Part shown: piece by piece, positions 1 through 13,361 of the stretch
How the letters are laid out: every line of letters begins with the position of its first letter
Position numbering within the stretch: the stretch's first letter is position 1
Origin: Octopus sinensis
Lineage: Eukaryota
Direction of reading: 5' to 3'
NCBI RefSeq assembly: GCF_006345805.1
Contig: NC_043012.1
Location: 24,490,001 to 24,554,000 of the forward strand
Length of the DNA stretch: 64,000 bases
Position numbers and translations under genes: made by a program
The notes under the pieces: generated by a model
The model's input: the letters and a program-made list of their open reading frames with translations, nothing else
Databases searched by the model: none
What the model was told of the DNA's origin: nothing

Positions 1-329
1 GAAGTGGGTACTCCATGCACTGGTACAGAATACAATGCCATATATTGTCTATAGCAGAAGGAAAATTACACTATGTATATGTACATGTGTGTGCGTATGT
101 GTATTTACTTAATTTTTCTGGCAGAGTAGATGAAAAGGTTCATTTTATTCTGGTAGAAATGAAGTTTTCCACTATTACTACTACCACCACTACTACTATA
201 TCTACTACATTTACTTTTCAACATTTGAAGACTGAGACCCCTGATCGCTTTCAAGAGTAATTTGCTTCCTTCTTTGGTGATGCTTATTTCTTCTTCACTG
301 AGAAAAGATGTAAAAACGTGTTGTTAGGC

Positions 330-480
330 AGAGGCATGGCTATGTGGTTAAGGAGTCCAGTTCACAACTATATGGTTTCAGGTTCAGTCCCACTGCCTGG
401 TGAAACTCTGCTTTTCATCCTCCCAAGGGCCAATAAAATTAAGTTACCAGTCAAATACTGAACTCAATATAACCAACTAT

Positions 481-516
<36 letters not shown>

Positions 517-1210
517 ACAAAATTTCTGGCCTTGTGCTTCCGTAAGAAACCACCACCACCACCGTCACCACCACTTCTGAAGTGCTAGGTATGCTAGTGG
601 ATTTTAACATTCTGTGTTCAGATTCTACCAGGATTCGCTTAAGTTTCCTTCCCTGTCGTGTTGATGAATAGGTACTGTCTGTGTAATAGGTAACAAAAAT
701 AGAAAGTTGATTTACTCAATCTTACTCACTCCCCATCTTTAGAAATTAAGAGGTTTGTGCTAATGTTAGAGACACGATAGGATATAAAGTACACTAGAAA
801 TCACCAGTTTCTAAGTTCAAATTCTCATCTTAGTTGATGGTTTTTTTTTTCTTTCTTCACCGTAGTGTCAATCTCAAAAAAAAAAAAAAAAATGATACCA
901 GTTATATAATGTGGATTAAAGTCAATTCAGTTGACTATTCCATCTTTCACTTACAAATGTTGTCCTCTTTTACCCTCAACTAAGAAGAAACCATTATTAC
1001 AAGAGAAACAACGATGGTGTGAATTACTTGTGCTGTTCAATTTCTCTTCTATAAATTCAGATCCCACTGGAACCGACTCCGGATTGATGGAATAATAACT
1101 TTGAGTAATAAAATAGGATCCGACTACATTGCATCTCTCTCTCCTTCTCTCTCTCTCTCTCTCTCTCTCTCCACTTAAATAAAATTAGCATTGTGCTTAG
1201 TCCAAAAGAA
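330..1210 (+). mobile_element. Cluster of decayed SINE A/B fragments
   Basis: Several ttcaaattc / attaagtaccag / cacaaaatttctggccttgtgc remnants. Confidence 0.6.
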
Positions 1211-1409
1211 ATTATTATTATTATTGTATTAATATAATATGGTTACATTCAGGTCTGTTCTGTTTCATCCGAAACAGCAGAACAGCTTCAGTCCCCCCCC
1301 CTCCCAGATGAAATATATTCTTTTAGCTAATCTAATAAATTCCACTGCTTTTTACTTCACTGGGAAACAGTTCTGCTGTTAAACACAGCAGTATCCTTTG
1401 ACTTCTCTA

Positions 1410-1453
<44 letters not shown>

Positions 1454-1627
1454 ATACATGCATGTATATGCATGCATACCCACACCCACATTTCTGTGTT
1501 ATGGTAGTCACTACATACCAACCATTTCTGGTGGGATAGTGTTTTTATAGTTGCACTGCACAGAGTATATTTGTAATTGTAAAAGACTGTTTAATGTATT
1601 GGAATGTTTAATATTCTGTATAATAAT

Positions 1628-1660
<33 letters not shown>

Positions 1661-1899
1661 TTTTCTTTCTAATCCTGGCACAAGACCAGGAGGAGTCGAT
1701 TATATTGACCCCCAGTGCTTAACCAATACTTATTTTATCGTCCCTGAAAGTCAAATGTAGCAGAATTTGGATTCGGGATGTTAAGAACCAGAAGAAAGGT
1801 CTCTATCTATTTTGTCTGGTGTGCTTATGATACTGCCAGCTTGCTGACCTAAGTACTAACAACAACAACAACAACAACATCAATAATAATAATAACTAA

Positions 1900-2129
1900 T
1901 ACTCTTTACTCTTTTACTCTTTTACTTGTTTCAGTCATTTGACTGCAGCCATGCTGGAGCACCGCCTTTAGTCGAGCAAATCGACCCCGGGACTTATTCT
2001 TTGTAAGCCCAGTACTTATTCTATTGGTCTCTTTTGCCGAACCGCTAAGTGACGGGGACGTAAACCCACCAGCATTGGTTGTCAAGCAATGCTAGAGGGA
2101 CAAACACAGACACACAAACATATACACAC

Positions 2130-2170
<41 letters not shown>

Positions 2171-2330
2171 TACGACAGGCTTCTTTCAGTTTCCGTCTAC
2201 CAAATCCACTCACAAGGCTTTGGTCGGCCTGAGGCTATAGCAGAAGACACTTGCCCAAGATGCCACGCAGTAGGACTGAACACGGAACCATGTGGCTGGT
2301 TAGCAAGCTACTTACCACACAGCCACTCCT
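1900..2330 (-). mobile_element. Full-length tRNA-derived SINE family B (CORE-like ccttgggcaagtgtctt segment, internal TA/TG microsatellite)
   Basis: tactcttttacttgtttcagtcatttgactgcagccatgctggagcaccgcc...cttaccacacagccactcct; near-identical to 8224-8626 and 12902-13361. Confidence 0.9.
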
Positions 2331-2449
2331 ACTACAAATAATAATTGTAATCAACACCGAATGGCGGTGCCCCAGCATGGCCACAGCTCGTGAGCTGAAA
2401 CTAGATAAAATATAAAATATTAAAAAAATATATAAAATATATAAAATAT

Positions 2450-2680
2450 ATTCTAGTTTTGGCAGAAGGCCAACAATTTTGAAGTAAGTGGAGAGTCAAT
2501 CTTACTGACCCCAGTATTTGTCTGGTGCTTCATTTTATTGACCCTGAAAAGGTGAAAGGCAAAGTAGCCCCTAGCAGCATTTGAACTCAGCAGATTAAAG
2601 CTTGATAAAATGCCACCAAGCATTTTATCCAGCATGATAATGATTTTGCGAGTCTACTGTCATCGTCATTGTAATAACAA
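2450..2680 (-). mobile_element. Decayed SINE A (other minus fragments at about 1670-1850, 3128-3210, 3400-3470, 12700-12900, 19030-19180, 57270-57360; plus fragment at about 21300-21460)
   Basis: gaaaggcaaagtagcc...atttgaactcag motif shared with the full-length copies. Confidence 0.75.
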
Positions 2681-3306
2681 TAATAATAGCTTGCAGTACC
2701 TGTGGAAGCTCTGTGGTAAATACAAAATTTTTTAGATGGTTGGAAGTTTATATAGAACCATAAAAATTGGTGTTTCTTTTGAAATTGTATATTCTGCATT
2801 ATTTTCCCAATCTCTCAGTAGTTCAGATGTTCATTTATAGATCTAAGAGTTTCACAAATACTTTCAGAGAATATTCATGTCACCAATGTTGCAACCTTCA
2901 ACCATGTGTTTACAATTTTTTGATGTTCTCTCTCTTTTTCATTTTTAACTGCTTGATAACTATTGCTTTCCCCCTGCCTCATATCATTAACACTTCTCTC
3001 TCTGTCTTTTCCTCTCACTCATCACCTTCCCCTTCTACTAATAACCAAGTGACAGCATAACACATTCTGCTTCAGTGTATTAATATGTAGATAATAATAG
3101 CAATAATAATAATGATGATAATAATAATCTTTTCTACTATAGGCAGGGAACCTGATATTTTGGGGTTGAGGGCTAGTTTATTACATCAGCTCCAGTACCA
3201 GAGAGGTACTTAACAACAACAACAGCAACAACAACAACAACAACAATCTTCCCCTCTCCAAGCTTTCAGTTGTATTTCAACATGTCTTAATTTTCACTTC
3301 CCCCAG

Positions 3307-3323
3307 GGTGTTGGTGCGTCCCA
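3307..3323 (+). CDS. Candidate 17-nt microexon GGTGTTGGTGCGTCCCA
   Basis: Acceptor cttaattttcacttcccccAG with branch-like CTTAAT, and perfect GTAAGT donor at 3324. Such matches can arise by chance in 64 kb. Confidence 0.35.
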
Positions 3324-5259
3324 GTAAGTGATTGTATCCAACATGCAGATTAAAAGTAAAAAAACAGTGATGATGGTGATAATAATAACAAAAACAACAA
3401 CAACAAGGGCAGCAATTTGAGGGGAGGGGAATAAGTCGATTACATCAACCCCAACATTCAACTGGTACTAATAACAACATCAACAACAACAATGATAATA
3501 ATAGCAATGATGTCCATTTAAAACTTACATAAATTAACAGAAAAAAAAACAAACTGATTTATGTCGATACAATTTGGTGTTTATGGCAAGATTATGGCAA
3601 GATTATGGCAAGATGGCTTAAGATTGGTTTGTTTGCTCTAAGAGGCTATTTTGTGTATGCATCAGTATCACATATTTCTATGAATTAGCTTTCACTTCAC
3701 CTTTTTATGTTTGTTTATCAAATTCAGTGAAGTCCTCTTTCTAAGAAGGCGAGTTTGTAGGTCGATTTGAAACAGCATCTACTGCTTGAAACTATGATTT
3801 AAAGTTTAAAGTTTTCTGTTCATTAACAAAGATATCTTCAGATATCTTTGATGTGCTGATCTCCAAGTCTTTTTAAATTTTCTCTGCAAGTAGTAGTAGT
3901 AGTAGTAGTAAGAACATTGTTTTGTTGTTGACATTGAGAAGTCCTTTGCTGTTGTTGTTGTTGTTGCGTTCTTTTTTTATTATTTTATTTTATTATTTTT
4001 TTGATATCTCTGAGTCCTAATTAAATATTGATTTGAATTATTCCAAAGATTGTCAATGCTGCTTTTTTCTATATTCATCAGCACGTGCGCACGCACACAC
4101 ACACAGATTATAGACATATATATATCTAAGCCATTGGTAGCTACTGTGCACATGTAGGTTCAAAACACTACATGGTGGAGTCTATTTAATGAATGCACAC
4201 AAAACAAACCTCGAATGTAGAAGTAGGCAATGACGACGACAATGATGATGATGATGATGATGATAATCCACATAAAAGTTGTTGACCTACTTGACTTGAA
4301 GTAGGTCCTTCCTGCTAGTTCTCCTGGATTCCTACATATTCTACAGATCTCTTCAGAATTTTCAGGACCAATTAGGGCTACAGTATGATAGTTTTATTCA
4401 TGGCACCAGAACAATATTGATACTGCCTGTTAGAAATGGATTAGTTCATCACTTCAGATCTCCTGCATTTCATTGCTAATTCCACTTCACATTTCACTTT
4501 CCATATTCTTCTTAAAAGGCATTTTTTTTTATTTTGGTTTATTATTTCTAGTTTATGTTTTTCTATTTGTTTTTTTTTGTTCTTTTTGTTTTTGTTTTTA
4601 AAGAATTCTAACTAGATTCTCCATTCCCCATCATTTATTCTTTTTTATAGTTCTCTCCTTTCCAAACTTAAATTCCATCCCTTACCCCAATGTCAGTCTT
4701 CCTTATATTGAGCTTTCTGTAATTCCTATTTAGTTATTTATTCGTCAAGGTTATGTTAATAATAGTAAGAGCAGCAGTAGCAGGAAAAATAGTAGTGGTG
4801 GTAGTGGTAGTTGTTTTGGTGGTGGTAGTTGGAATATCATAAATGGTGATGACGGAATTGCTGTTGCAGCGAAATATCCAGTGAAATATCCAGAAGAGAC
4901 CACTTTTACAAAATTTCTGGTTCAGAGTCCAAGTCTAGCTTTACAGAACTGAGATTAAAATACAACTGGAGTCTCTGCTGTTCATAAGGACTCTCTGCCT
5001 ACAACTGATAACATCCCCATCTCTCTGCTGTTGATAATGGACCAGAGGCCAATGGTGGTTACAGTGCTGGGCTGACAACTGTACCATTGTTGGTTTGATT
5101 CCTGGACAGGCTGACTTATTATTCTGTCTTTGTCCAAGCTCATTTCGGATGTCGCTTCAGTCTTCTCAACTGAAAATCACTGTCATGAACATCACTTGAC
5201 TTCCAGTGCAGCCTTCTCTCACTCCAGTTGCCATGGATATTCTACTGGATATTCTACTG

Positions 5260-5512
5260 CAGCAGTTCCCAACCTTTTTCATACAAGACAATTTTTTCCT
5301 ATGGACTGAAGGATCACATGTGCAAAAGAAAAACATTTATTGGTGCATGAAAAAAAAATGAAAAACTGACTTTAAATAGCACAAGAAAGAGGCACAAGCT
5401 GTGATAGTTGTAGAATAGAAACAAAGTTTAAAAATTTATTGTTTCAGTGTGACCTGGTACCAAATGATTCCTGGTTCAAGATTGGTCTTTGCCCTTGCTG
5501 TTGGGACCCTTG
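5260..5512. mobile_element. hAT (Charlie-like) MITE
   Basis: Imperfect TIRs CAGCAGTTCCCAAC / GTTGGGACCCTTG; 8-bp TSD TTCTACTG / TTCTATTG. Confidence 0.6.
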
Positions 5513-6743
5513 TTCTATTGGGTCCAATATTGGAGGACTGAAAAAATATCTATGTCATGGTTACACAGGAGCCTAAAACTATAACAAAAGAATGGTACAT
5601 GGTGCCAGGTCAGAATCCCTTGTAAGTGACGGCTCTGGTATTGAATGTAGAGGGGAGAGGGGAGAAAGTGGGGATCAGTTCAGTTCTATCCAATTAATAT
5701 CTTCCCAGACAAATCAATAGCTATTGATCTGTCAGCAATACCTCTAATTATAATTAAACTCACACACACACACCAATCATCCTCATCATCCTTTAACATC
5801 TGTTTTGCATGCTGGTATGAGTTAGATGGGTTGACAGGATCTGGCAAGCCACAGATCTGTACCAAGCTCTGACATTTGCTTTGGCAAGTTCTTTATGGCT
5901 GGATGTCCTTCCTAATGCCAATCACCTTACAGAGTGGACTGGATGCTTTTGTTGTTTTTTTTTTTTTTATTAATGAGGTTGCCAAGTTGGTTGCAAGACA
6001 GAAAAGAACAAGAAAGAGAAAATCACCCCTGATTGAGGGGGTGGGATTAGGCAAGGGGTGGTGGTTATATGCCAGATGCTAAGAGACTAAATCTTTCTTA
6101 ATAAAAAGAAAGGGTTTGGCTGAGTTTGTTGAATATCCTAATTTTAAGTGTACAAGCACACTCCACCACCACCACCACCACCACCACTGCCACCAATATC
6201 TTACAAAAGCATTATACTTCTGAAAATCTTACCATAATGTGTGAAATTCTGTCATGAAATGTAATTTCTCATTGACTTCCAAGTTAAATAATATGTGAAT
6301 CCACTAGAAAGATTTTCAAAAACACAACACTTCCATAGTCCGGTGGGGTTGTCTTTAGAGAAATAATTCTGTTCCCTAATTTTGGTAGTCATTATGGTCT
6401 TCTAATTTTAGGAATGTTTTTTGTTTCATTTATTTACTTTTTGTAGATGACTAAATCAGACAATTTTTCTCTTGGAATGGTCAGCCAATTGACCATCTGA
6501 CCATCCCAGTTGTTTCTGAGAAAGTGACTGCATGGTTGATCTGGGAGTAACTCTGCAGTCTCTACCAATAATTCTTCCTGCAGCAGTTAATGGATCCTCA
6601 ATGTGGATTTCTGGATTGCAAAAAGCCAAAAAAAAAAAAAAGTAAATAAAGCAAACAAATTAAAGACAAGCGGAGACAATAAAACAAACAAAAAAAATTT
6701 CTTATCTGTGTTACAAGCTTAGTATTTTCCTCTCTCCTTCCAG

Positions 6744-6794
6744 ATAAGAAATGGAGGATGTAGTATTTATCTTAAGAGAGCAGTGTTCCACTGA
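6744..6794 (+). CDS. Candidate terminal exon (phase 0 IRNGGCSIYLKRAVFH*; phase 1 DKKWRM*)
   Basis: Strong acceptor agtattttcctctctccttccAG; early stop in all three frames; AATAAA at 7387. Confidence 0.3.
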   Translation: MRNGGCSIYLKRAVFH

Positions 6795-7742
6795 CTGCAG
6801 CAATGTCGGACGGTTGAAGCCGTGTGGGTTTATGTGTGCATGTGGTAGTGGTGATGGTGGTGGTGGTGATGGTGGTGGTGGTGGTGATGGTGGTAAAGTA
6901 GTTGTGTTGTGGGGTGGGATCAGAGGTGAGGGCCAGATCATCATTTCTATGGTGGAAGTTTTTATTTTTTTTAAAAATATTTTTGGTCTGGTCATTGGTC
7001 AGAATGATGTTTGAATGTTTTTAAACATGGCAAAAGATGTTGCATCGTTGCTTGTCTGTAATGGTTGGTGTTGCTAACCAAGTTTTTTTCTTTCCTCTTC
7101 TCTCTCTCTCTCGCTCTCTATCCCTTCCCCCTCCCCCTCCACCACACTCTCGTACATCAGTAACAACACCACTGCTCCAGGCTAAAATGGAAAGTAGCCA
7201 AGATTCACAACTATTGATACCACCACATTCTTCCTTCTATATTTATTTACTGCTTCTATTCTAGCCAGGCCACTACTACCGCTACTGCTACTGCTGCTGC
7301 TGCTGTTGTTGTTGTTGTTGTTAGTGCTGCTACTGCTGGTGATATGCCTGGTTCCTGAAGCCAACAGACTATACCTGATCCAAGGCAATAAAATGCAGAG
7401 ATGGACATGTTTGTAGCTCAAATTGCTTGCTTGTGTCTTAGCACGTTGCAAGTCTGTTAACAACCTGGGGCAAATATGGCCTTTGGTCATCATCATCTGT
7501 CCTAAGGAATTCTTATACAAGTGCTCTATACATTTTATCAGACTGTGGGCAAGTCAATCAAATCAGGCATTCTATACATCTCTCTCTCTCTCTTTCAAAG
7601 AATAAATTCCTTTGATTGTGCTTATGCAGCAAAATGATGAAAGTTCTCATATTTCGGTCAAGTCAAATTACAGAAATAATTTTTGTTTTTCAAGCCATGT
7701 CAAGGATACATATATAATTTTGGCTTATTATTTATCCTCCTC

Positions 7743-8929
7743 CTTGGGGGTGGTCATATTTGGCCAATTAAACACACACACTGTATATTTGGTCTTCACT
7801 TCAACTTTATTATTATTATCATTTTAGTTTTTGGACATCACGTGTATATATGTATGTGTCCTCGTGTGTCTGAGTGTATATATAATGGGTGTATATATGT
7901 AGGCGTCTCCGTGTGTCTGAGTGTGTGCACTTGAGCATGCTTTTTATGTGTGTATCTATGTGCACATGACTCATTTCTCTGTCTTCCATGCTGGCATGGC
8001 GCGGACAGTTTGTCAAGATCTAGCAAGCCATAGATGTTGTGTCAGAGGTTCTCGCCTCAGCTTTGGCATGCTTTCTACGGTTGGATGCCCTTCCTAACAC
8101 CAACTGTTATTTCTACCTTTCCACTTACTACGCATGTCAGTCATTACTACAACAAGTGGTGACTGAATCAATCTTTGGCACTTTGTGCCATATTCTGTGG
8201 CATCTATTATCCCCCTCAGTAGATACTCTTTTACTCTTTTACTTGTTTCAGTCATTAGACTGCGGCCATGCTGGAGCACCGCCTTTAATCGAGCAACTCG
8301 ACCCCGGGACTTATTCTTTTGTAAGCCCAGTACTTATTCTATCGGTCTCTTTTGCCGAACCGCTAAGTGACAGGGACATAAACACACCAGCATCGGTTGT
8401 CAAGCAATGCTAGGGGGACAAACACGGACACACAAACACACGCATATATATATATATACATATATACGACGGGCTTCTTTCAGTTTCCGTCTACCAAATC
8501 CACTCACAAGGCTTTGGTCGGCCCGAGGCTATAGTAGATGACACTTACCCAAGGTGCCATGCAGTGGGACTGAACCCGGAACCATGTGGTTGGTAGACAA
8601 GCTACTTACCACACAGCCACTCCTGCGTAAAAATAGCATAATGAACTGAACCACACACACATACATACACACACACAGACATATACTTGTTATGCTTGGG
8701 GATGGTCATATTTGGCCAATTAAACACATACACTGTATATTTGGTCTTCACTTCAACTTTATTATTATTATCATTTTAGTTTTTGGACGTCATGTGTATA
8801 TATGTATGTATCCCCGTGTGTCTGAGTGTATATATAATGGATGTATATATGTATGCGTCTCCGTGTGTCTGAGTGTGTGCACTTGAGCATGCTTTTTATG
8901 TGTGTATCTATGTGCACATGACTCATTTC
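7743..8929 (+). repeat. 235-bp direct duplication (7743-7977 and 8695-8929), about 97% identical
   Basis: Hand alignment gives 8 substitutions and no indels; SINE C and SINE B lie between the copies. Confidence 0.95.
8224..8626 (-). mobile_element. Full-length SINE family B
   Basis: Same consensus as 1900-2330; CpGs largely intact. Confidence 0.9.
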
Positions 8930-9211
8930 ACTGAACTATTGAGAAGCGATATCAGATCATCTACAAGGGGAATATCTAATATTTAAAAGGATTTATTTAA
9001 ATATCTATTCTACATAATGCTTCCATTATGGATTTATTATATGCTTATGTCATAAATATCCATTATTTGATCACCAGTTGAAATCTAAAGAAATGTTTAG
9101 AACAAAGAAAACTATAATATTTCTTATTACTTAAACAGTGAAGAGTATACATTGAATAACAATAACAACAACAACAACAACAACAACAATAATAAAAATG
9201 ATAATAATAGC

Positions 9212-9378
9212 AACAACATCGAAAAATACGTTAGGAATGAGAACCCAAGTTCGAAATTTCCCCAAGACACCTGATGAAGGCTGGAGAGTATATCAGCTGA
9301 AACGTTGTGTTAAGAACAAACAAGATGAGGACAAATAACCATCAAATGTAACCAATGTAAATATTGTAAATAATGTAC
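9212..9378 (+). mobile_element. Penelope-like solo pLTR fragment carrying the hammerhead
   Basis: Contains the hammerhead; ends in an (AATGTAAAT)-like tail; sits beside an (AAC/AAT)n microsatellite. Confidence 0.6.
9266..9311 (+). ncRNA. Minimal type I hammerhead ribozyme motif (Penelope-type)
   Basis: Stem I GACAC/GTGTT, core CTGATGA (9271-9277), stem II GGCTG/CAGCT, GAAAC, loopless palindromic stem III (AACGTT), GUU cleavage triplet. Confidence 0.7.
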
Positions 9379-10150
9379 TTCATATGTTGTTGCAAAAAAC
9401 AACCCAGAAAGCTTAAGGAAAATAACAAAATTCATACATTCTTTCTGTCTTCCCCCTTCTCTCTCTCTCTCTCTCTCTCTCCACACACGTGCGCGTGTGT
9501 GTTTGTGTGTGTGTGTGTGTGTTTGTGTGTGCGTGCGTGCGTTGAAGTAACCTCTGACCAGAGACATACAATGAAATAAATGTCATCTGGTTTGATATGA
9601 ACTGACAACCTAGTGAGTTGGAAATCCAATAACTTTATCTACCCTTTCAGCCATTTCACCTTCTATGCTGTTACTATTTATAACAACAGATAGTTAGTTA
9701 ATTAGTTAATTAAGCATTTCACATGCCATTAGCATCCAGACTGGGAGACACTTCATAATTTCAGTTTCTATTGTGTCAAGTTAATGTAGCACAAATCTGT
9801 TTTCACCCTAACCCCTAACCGTCTCTCCCTCGTTTCTCGTCTAGCTTTACTGAAATTTCATAGGTATCATCATCATCATCATCATCACCATCATCACCAT
9901 CATCATCATCATCATCACCATCATCATAGTCATTTTCATAACTTATCAACCTCATCACGATAGTCATAATTGTTTTAGAGGAACTCCTGAATCTGTATTG
10001 TGACCTGACCTGATAGAAATAACTGCTAAACTTTCTCTTAAGCCATACATGCTTTTTTCAAAAGAAAGGGACACATAAGGCAATGTAGTCTAAAAGACCG
10101 TGAATAATAAACTACACTGTTTAATGTGTCTTTTGTAGTGGTGTGTGTGA

Positions 10151-10399
10151 TCCGAAAAGCTCTATCTGCGACGATTTCATCTCAATCGAAGGAGAGGGGC
10201 TTTCTCCGTCCAGGGTGCGGATCTGTGGAATAAGCTGCCGGACAAGATAGTAAAGATGCTGACGACCGCTCGGTTCAAAGTCTCTCTTGACCAGAAATGG
10301 CCTGAACTATTTGCATGAACACCCTCCCTGTATATAACTCCATGTCCCCCTACATGGCCTTGCTTTTTGCTTTTTGAGCCAAAAAATTAACTTAACTTA
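10151..10399 (+). mobile_element. 5'-truncated CR1-clade LINE (ORF2 C-terminus, 3' UTR and tail)
   Basis: 10151-10318 reads SEKLYLRRFHLNRRRGAFSVQGADLWNKLPDKIVKMLTTARFKVSLDQKWPELFA*, matching the CR1 motif KL...R...FS.R...WN.LP..V....F K..LD..W; (AACTT)n tail. Confidence 0.85.
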
Positions 10400-10514
10400 T
10401 TTGAGAGGGATTTGGCAGCTATTACTAGTCAGTCAAGTCATCATAAAGACCCCTCAGCTGCTGGGTAATAATTCTGTTGGATCAGGACCGACCTGGGAAT
10501 AAACAAAACCAGCT

Positions 10515-10733
10515 TTAGCCCCCTAGTATTGAGGGCTGAATGCAATGATTTTTAATTCTTTGTTTTGAATTAATCCTGCGTTATCTTGTAGCTTTGAGAG
10601 TTTGGTGATGCGATTGTTTATTTTTAGAGTGACATTGAAGGGTACGTGTGAGAGACTGGATCTGGCCAGTTTGAACATAAAACTATTAAGATATTTCAGC
10701 CAGATGTGGTCTGTGTAACTACTGGAAGGTTGA
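10515..10733. mobile_element. Older copy of the TTAA MITE
   Basis: Shares ctggatctggccagtttgaacataaa with 23700-23922; ends decayed. Confidence 0.6.
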
Positions 10734-11874
10734 TGTCTAAACATCAGTTTTTCTTCTTGTTTGCATGGATCAGATGATTCAGCACTTGAACTACACATTG
10801 CCATTCCTCTTGACCCAGCATCTTTTCCCCTCTGATCTGACTTCACCAAAGCCATTATGTCTTTCCATGCCATTTTTATTCTGACAACCGCAGGTATCCT
10901 GTAGCAACACCAAGTCTTATCACAAGGCCTTTTCGTCAGACATTGGCAGAATGGAAAGTCTTTTCTTTAAGACACAATCTAACAGCCATAGTCCAGTGTT
11001 GGGGTGCTTCTACAGAGTTGTTCAACCTGCTAGAAACAGCAGCCAAATGTCTTTCGAATTACTCTATACCTTCTGAGATAAGAACACCATGTTGAACAAC
11101 GTAACCCTAGGTGATCATGGGTGGAACAGTATTGATCATAGGTCCACTTTGTCCGGCCTGACTTGTGGCTAAACAACACCAATAACAATGAAATAGCCGT
11201 TTCCTTCAGATCTGAACCCAAGAAGCCATTACAAAGTCAGCAATGAAGAATTCTTGTTCAACTTGGCAGCAGACTATATTCTCAGAACTGCTTTCTGCTT
11301 TTTACTCTTTTACTTTTCTCATTGTGTGAGATATATAAATGCGCGCGCACACACACGCACACACATACATACACACACACATGCATGCTTATTGATACTT
11401 TTTCACTCAACTTTGGTAGTACTTTCTTTCATTGCTGACCTTTTGTGCATTTGCTCCTTAATCTACTCAGTAACTAGATTTCTTATATATATATATATGA
11501 GTGTATATGTGTGTATTTATGTATTCGTTTGAAATGTTAGTTAGAAAGGTGGTTTCATTTCTGAGGAATAACATACAAAATATGTTTGATTTCTGACTGG
11601 AACTTTCAAACTTTTTATCATTTTTTTTTTGGCTTTGTTTCTTGTTTCTTGTTTTTTTTTTGGCTCTTGAATATTTACTTACCTCTTTAACATCCCTGTT
11701 CAAACAACATGCTTGAACGTCTAACGTCTTGGCCTATCACTTCGTTGGTCTTGAGTTCAAATGAGCTGCAACACATTAATTTTCATTGATAGTTAGATGC
11801 AGTACACCAACTGTTTGCATTGCTTCCGTTCATCTCAGTGTTAGGAACAAGTCTCCAAATACTTGGAAATCTAT

Positions 11875-12140
11875 CCGTCCAATTTTCTCTGTCACCTGTT
11901 CCCAGGAGGGTTGTCAGGGTAGAATCCTCAGGCACCCTGCTCCACACGGTCCTATCATTTACCTTTCCAGCTGGATTCCAAAGCATGACTAACCCAGACT
12001 ATGGACATGATCCAACCATCTCAAAGCATGACTATCTCAGACTATGGACATGATCCAAACATCTCATTCTTGGTCTACTGCTAAGTAGTTGACTTGGCCT
12101 GAAGAATCCGTCTTGGGATTCCTTCCTGAGATGTTCTAAT
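11875..12140 (-). mobile_element. Degraded RTE-clade LINE ORF 3' end, with an internal 43-bp tandem duplication (11979-12064)
   Basis: Frameshifted minus-strand peptides RIPRRILQAK, SRPRMRCLDHVHSL, LG*SCFGIQLE, DRTVW...LRILP*QPS resemble the RTE/Rex3 C-terminus GRPRTRW.D....LAW.RLGI....DR.VW..LL.LLPP.P. Confidence 0.6.
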
Positions 12141-12265
12141 CACATGTTACTTAAAAATGGATTTAACATCCTAACTAGACACTACATGTCTCATTTGCCA
12201 TTCAGAGTTTATGAAACTCTTTGACTGGATTTTCAAGACAGTGTAGCAACATATGCCACCATGGC

Positions 12266-12307
<42 letters not shown>

Positions 12308-12901
12308 ATGTCCATGTTCCATGCTGGGGATGGGCTGGACCACGTTTCTGTGAAGGCCCAGACATGAGCACTTTCACATATTTGAACAACAGACTTTTGG
12401 TCTTTGCCTCGAGGCTTTCATTGGTCTAAAGCTGGTGTAGAAGACCCTTGCCCAAAGTGCCACGCAGTGGGACTGAATCCAAAACCACATGGATTAGAAG
12501 TGATATTTTTAATGCCATAACCATGCCTGAACCTACATGTTGGATTGGATTGGATTGGATGAAGGCCTCAGCATGTTCTCTCCATCAAGTACAGTCTGAT
12601 GTGCAGGCCATGAATTTGGCCTTGAGGTCATTCTGGTTTCATGAGCCTACTACTCTGCCATACTGGCTCAGCATGACTTGGTAGAAGGATACAGTTTCTA
12701 TACTCAGGAGAAGGAACAAGTCGATTACACCAACCCCAGGGCTTGACTGCTACTTATTTCATCAATCCTGAAAGGATGAAAGGCAAAGTTGACCTCAGCA
12801 GAATTTGAACTCAGAACATAAGGACAGACAGACCTCAGCCGAATTTGAACTCAGAAAATAAGGACAGACAAACTACCACTAAGCATATAAGGTTTGCTGC
12901 C

Positions 12902-13128
12902 TTACTCTTTTACTTGTTTCAGTCATTTGACTGTGGCCATGCTGGAGCACCGCCTTTAGTCGAGCAAATCGACCTCCAGGACTTATTCTTTGTAAGCCTA
13001 GTACTTATTCTATTGGTCTCTTTTGCTGAAATGCTAAGTTATGGGGCCGTAAACACACCAGCATCAGTTGTCAAGCGATGTCGGGGGGACAAACACAGAT
13101 GTACAAACACATGCACACATACATATAT

Positions 13129-13199
<71 letters not shown>

Positions 13200-13361
13200 C
13201 GCGATGAGCATCTTTCAGTTTCCGTCTAACAAATCCACTCGCAAGGTTTTGGTTAGCCTGAGGCTATAGTAGAAGACACCTGCCCAAGGTACCACGCAGT
13301 GGGACTGAACCCAGAACCATGTGGTTGGTAAGCAAGCTACTTACCACACAGCCACTCCTGC
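12902..13361 (-). mobile_element. Full-length SINE family B
   Basis: Same consensus, with an expanded internal (CA)(TA) tract. Confidence 0.9.

Noticed and set aside
7265-7430. Poly-Leu transmembrane-like exon (and the similar stretch at 16255-16430)
   Set aside because: Hydrophobicity comes from CTG/TTG triplet repeats; the 16255 frame starts directly after a stop.
9804-9820. Telomere-like CCCTAA units
   Set aside because: Only about two imperfect units; expected by chance.
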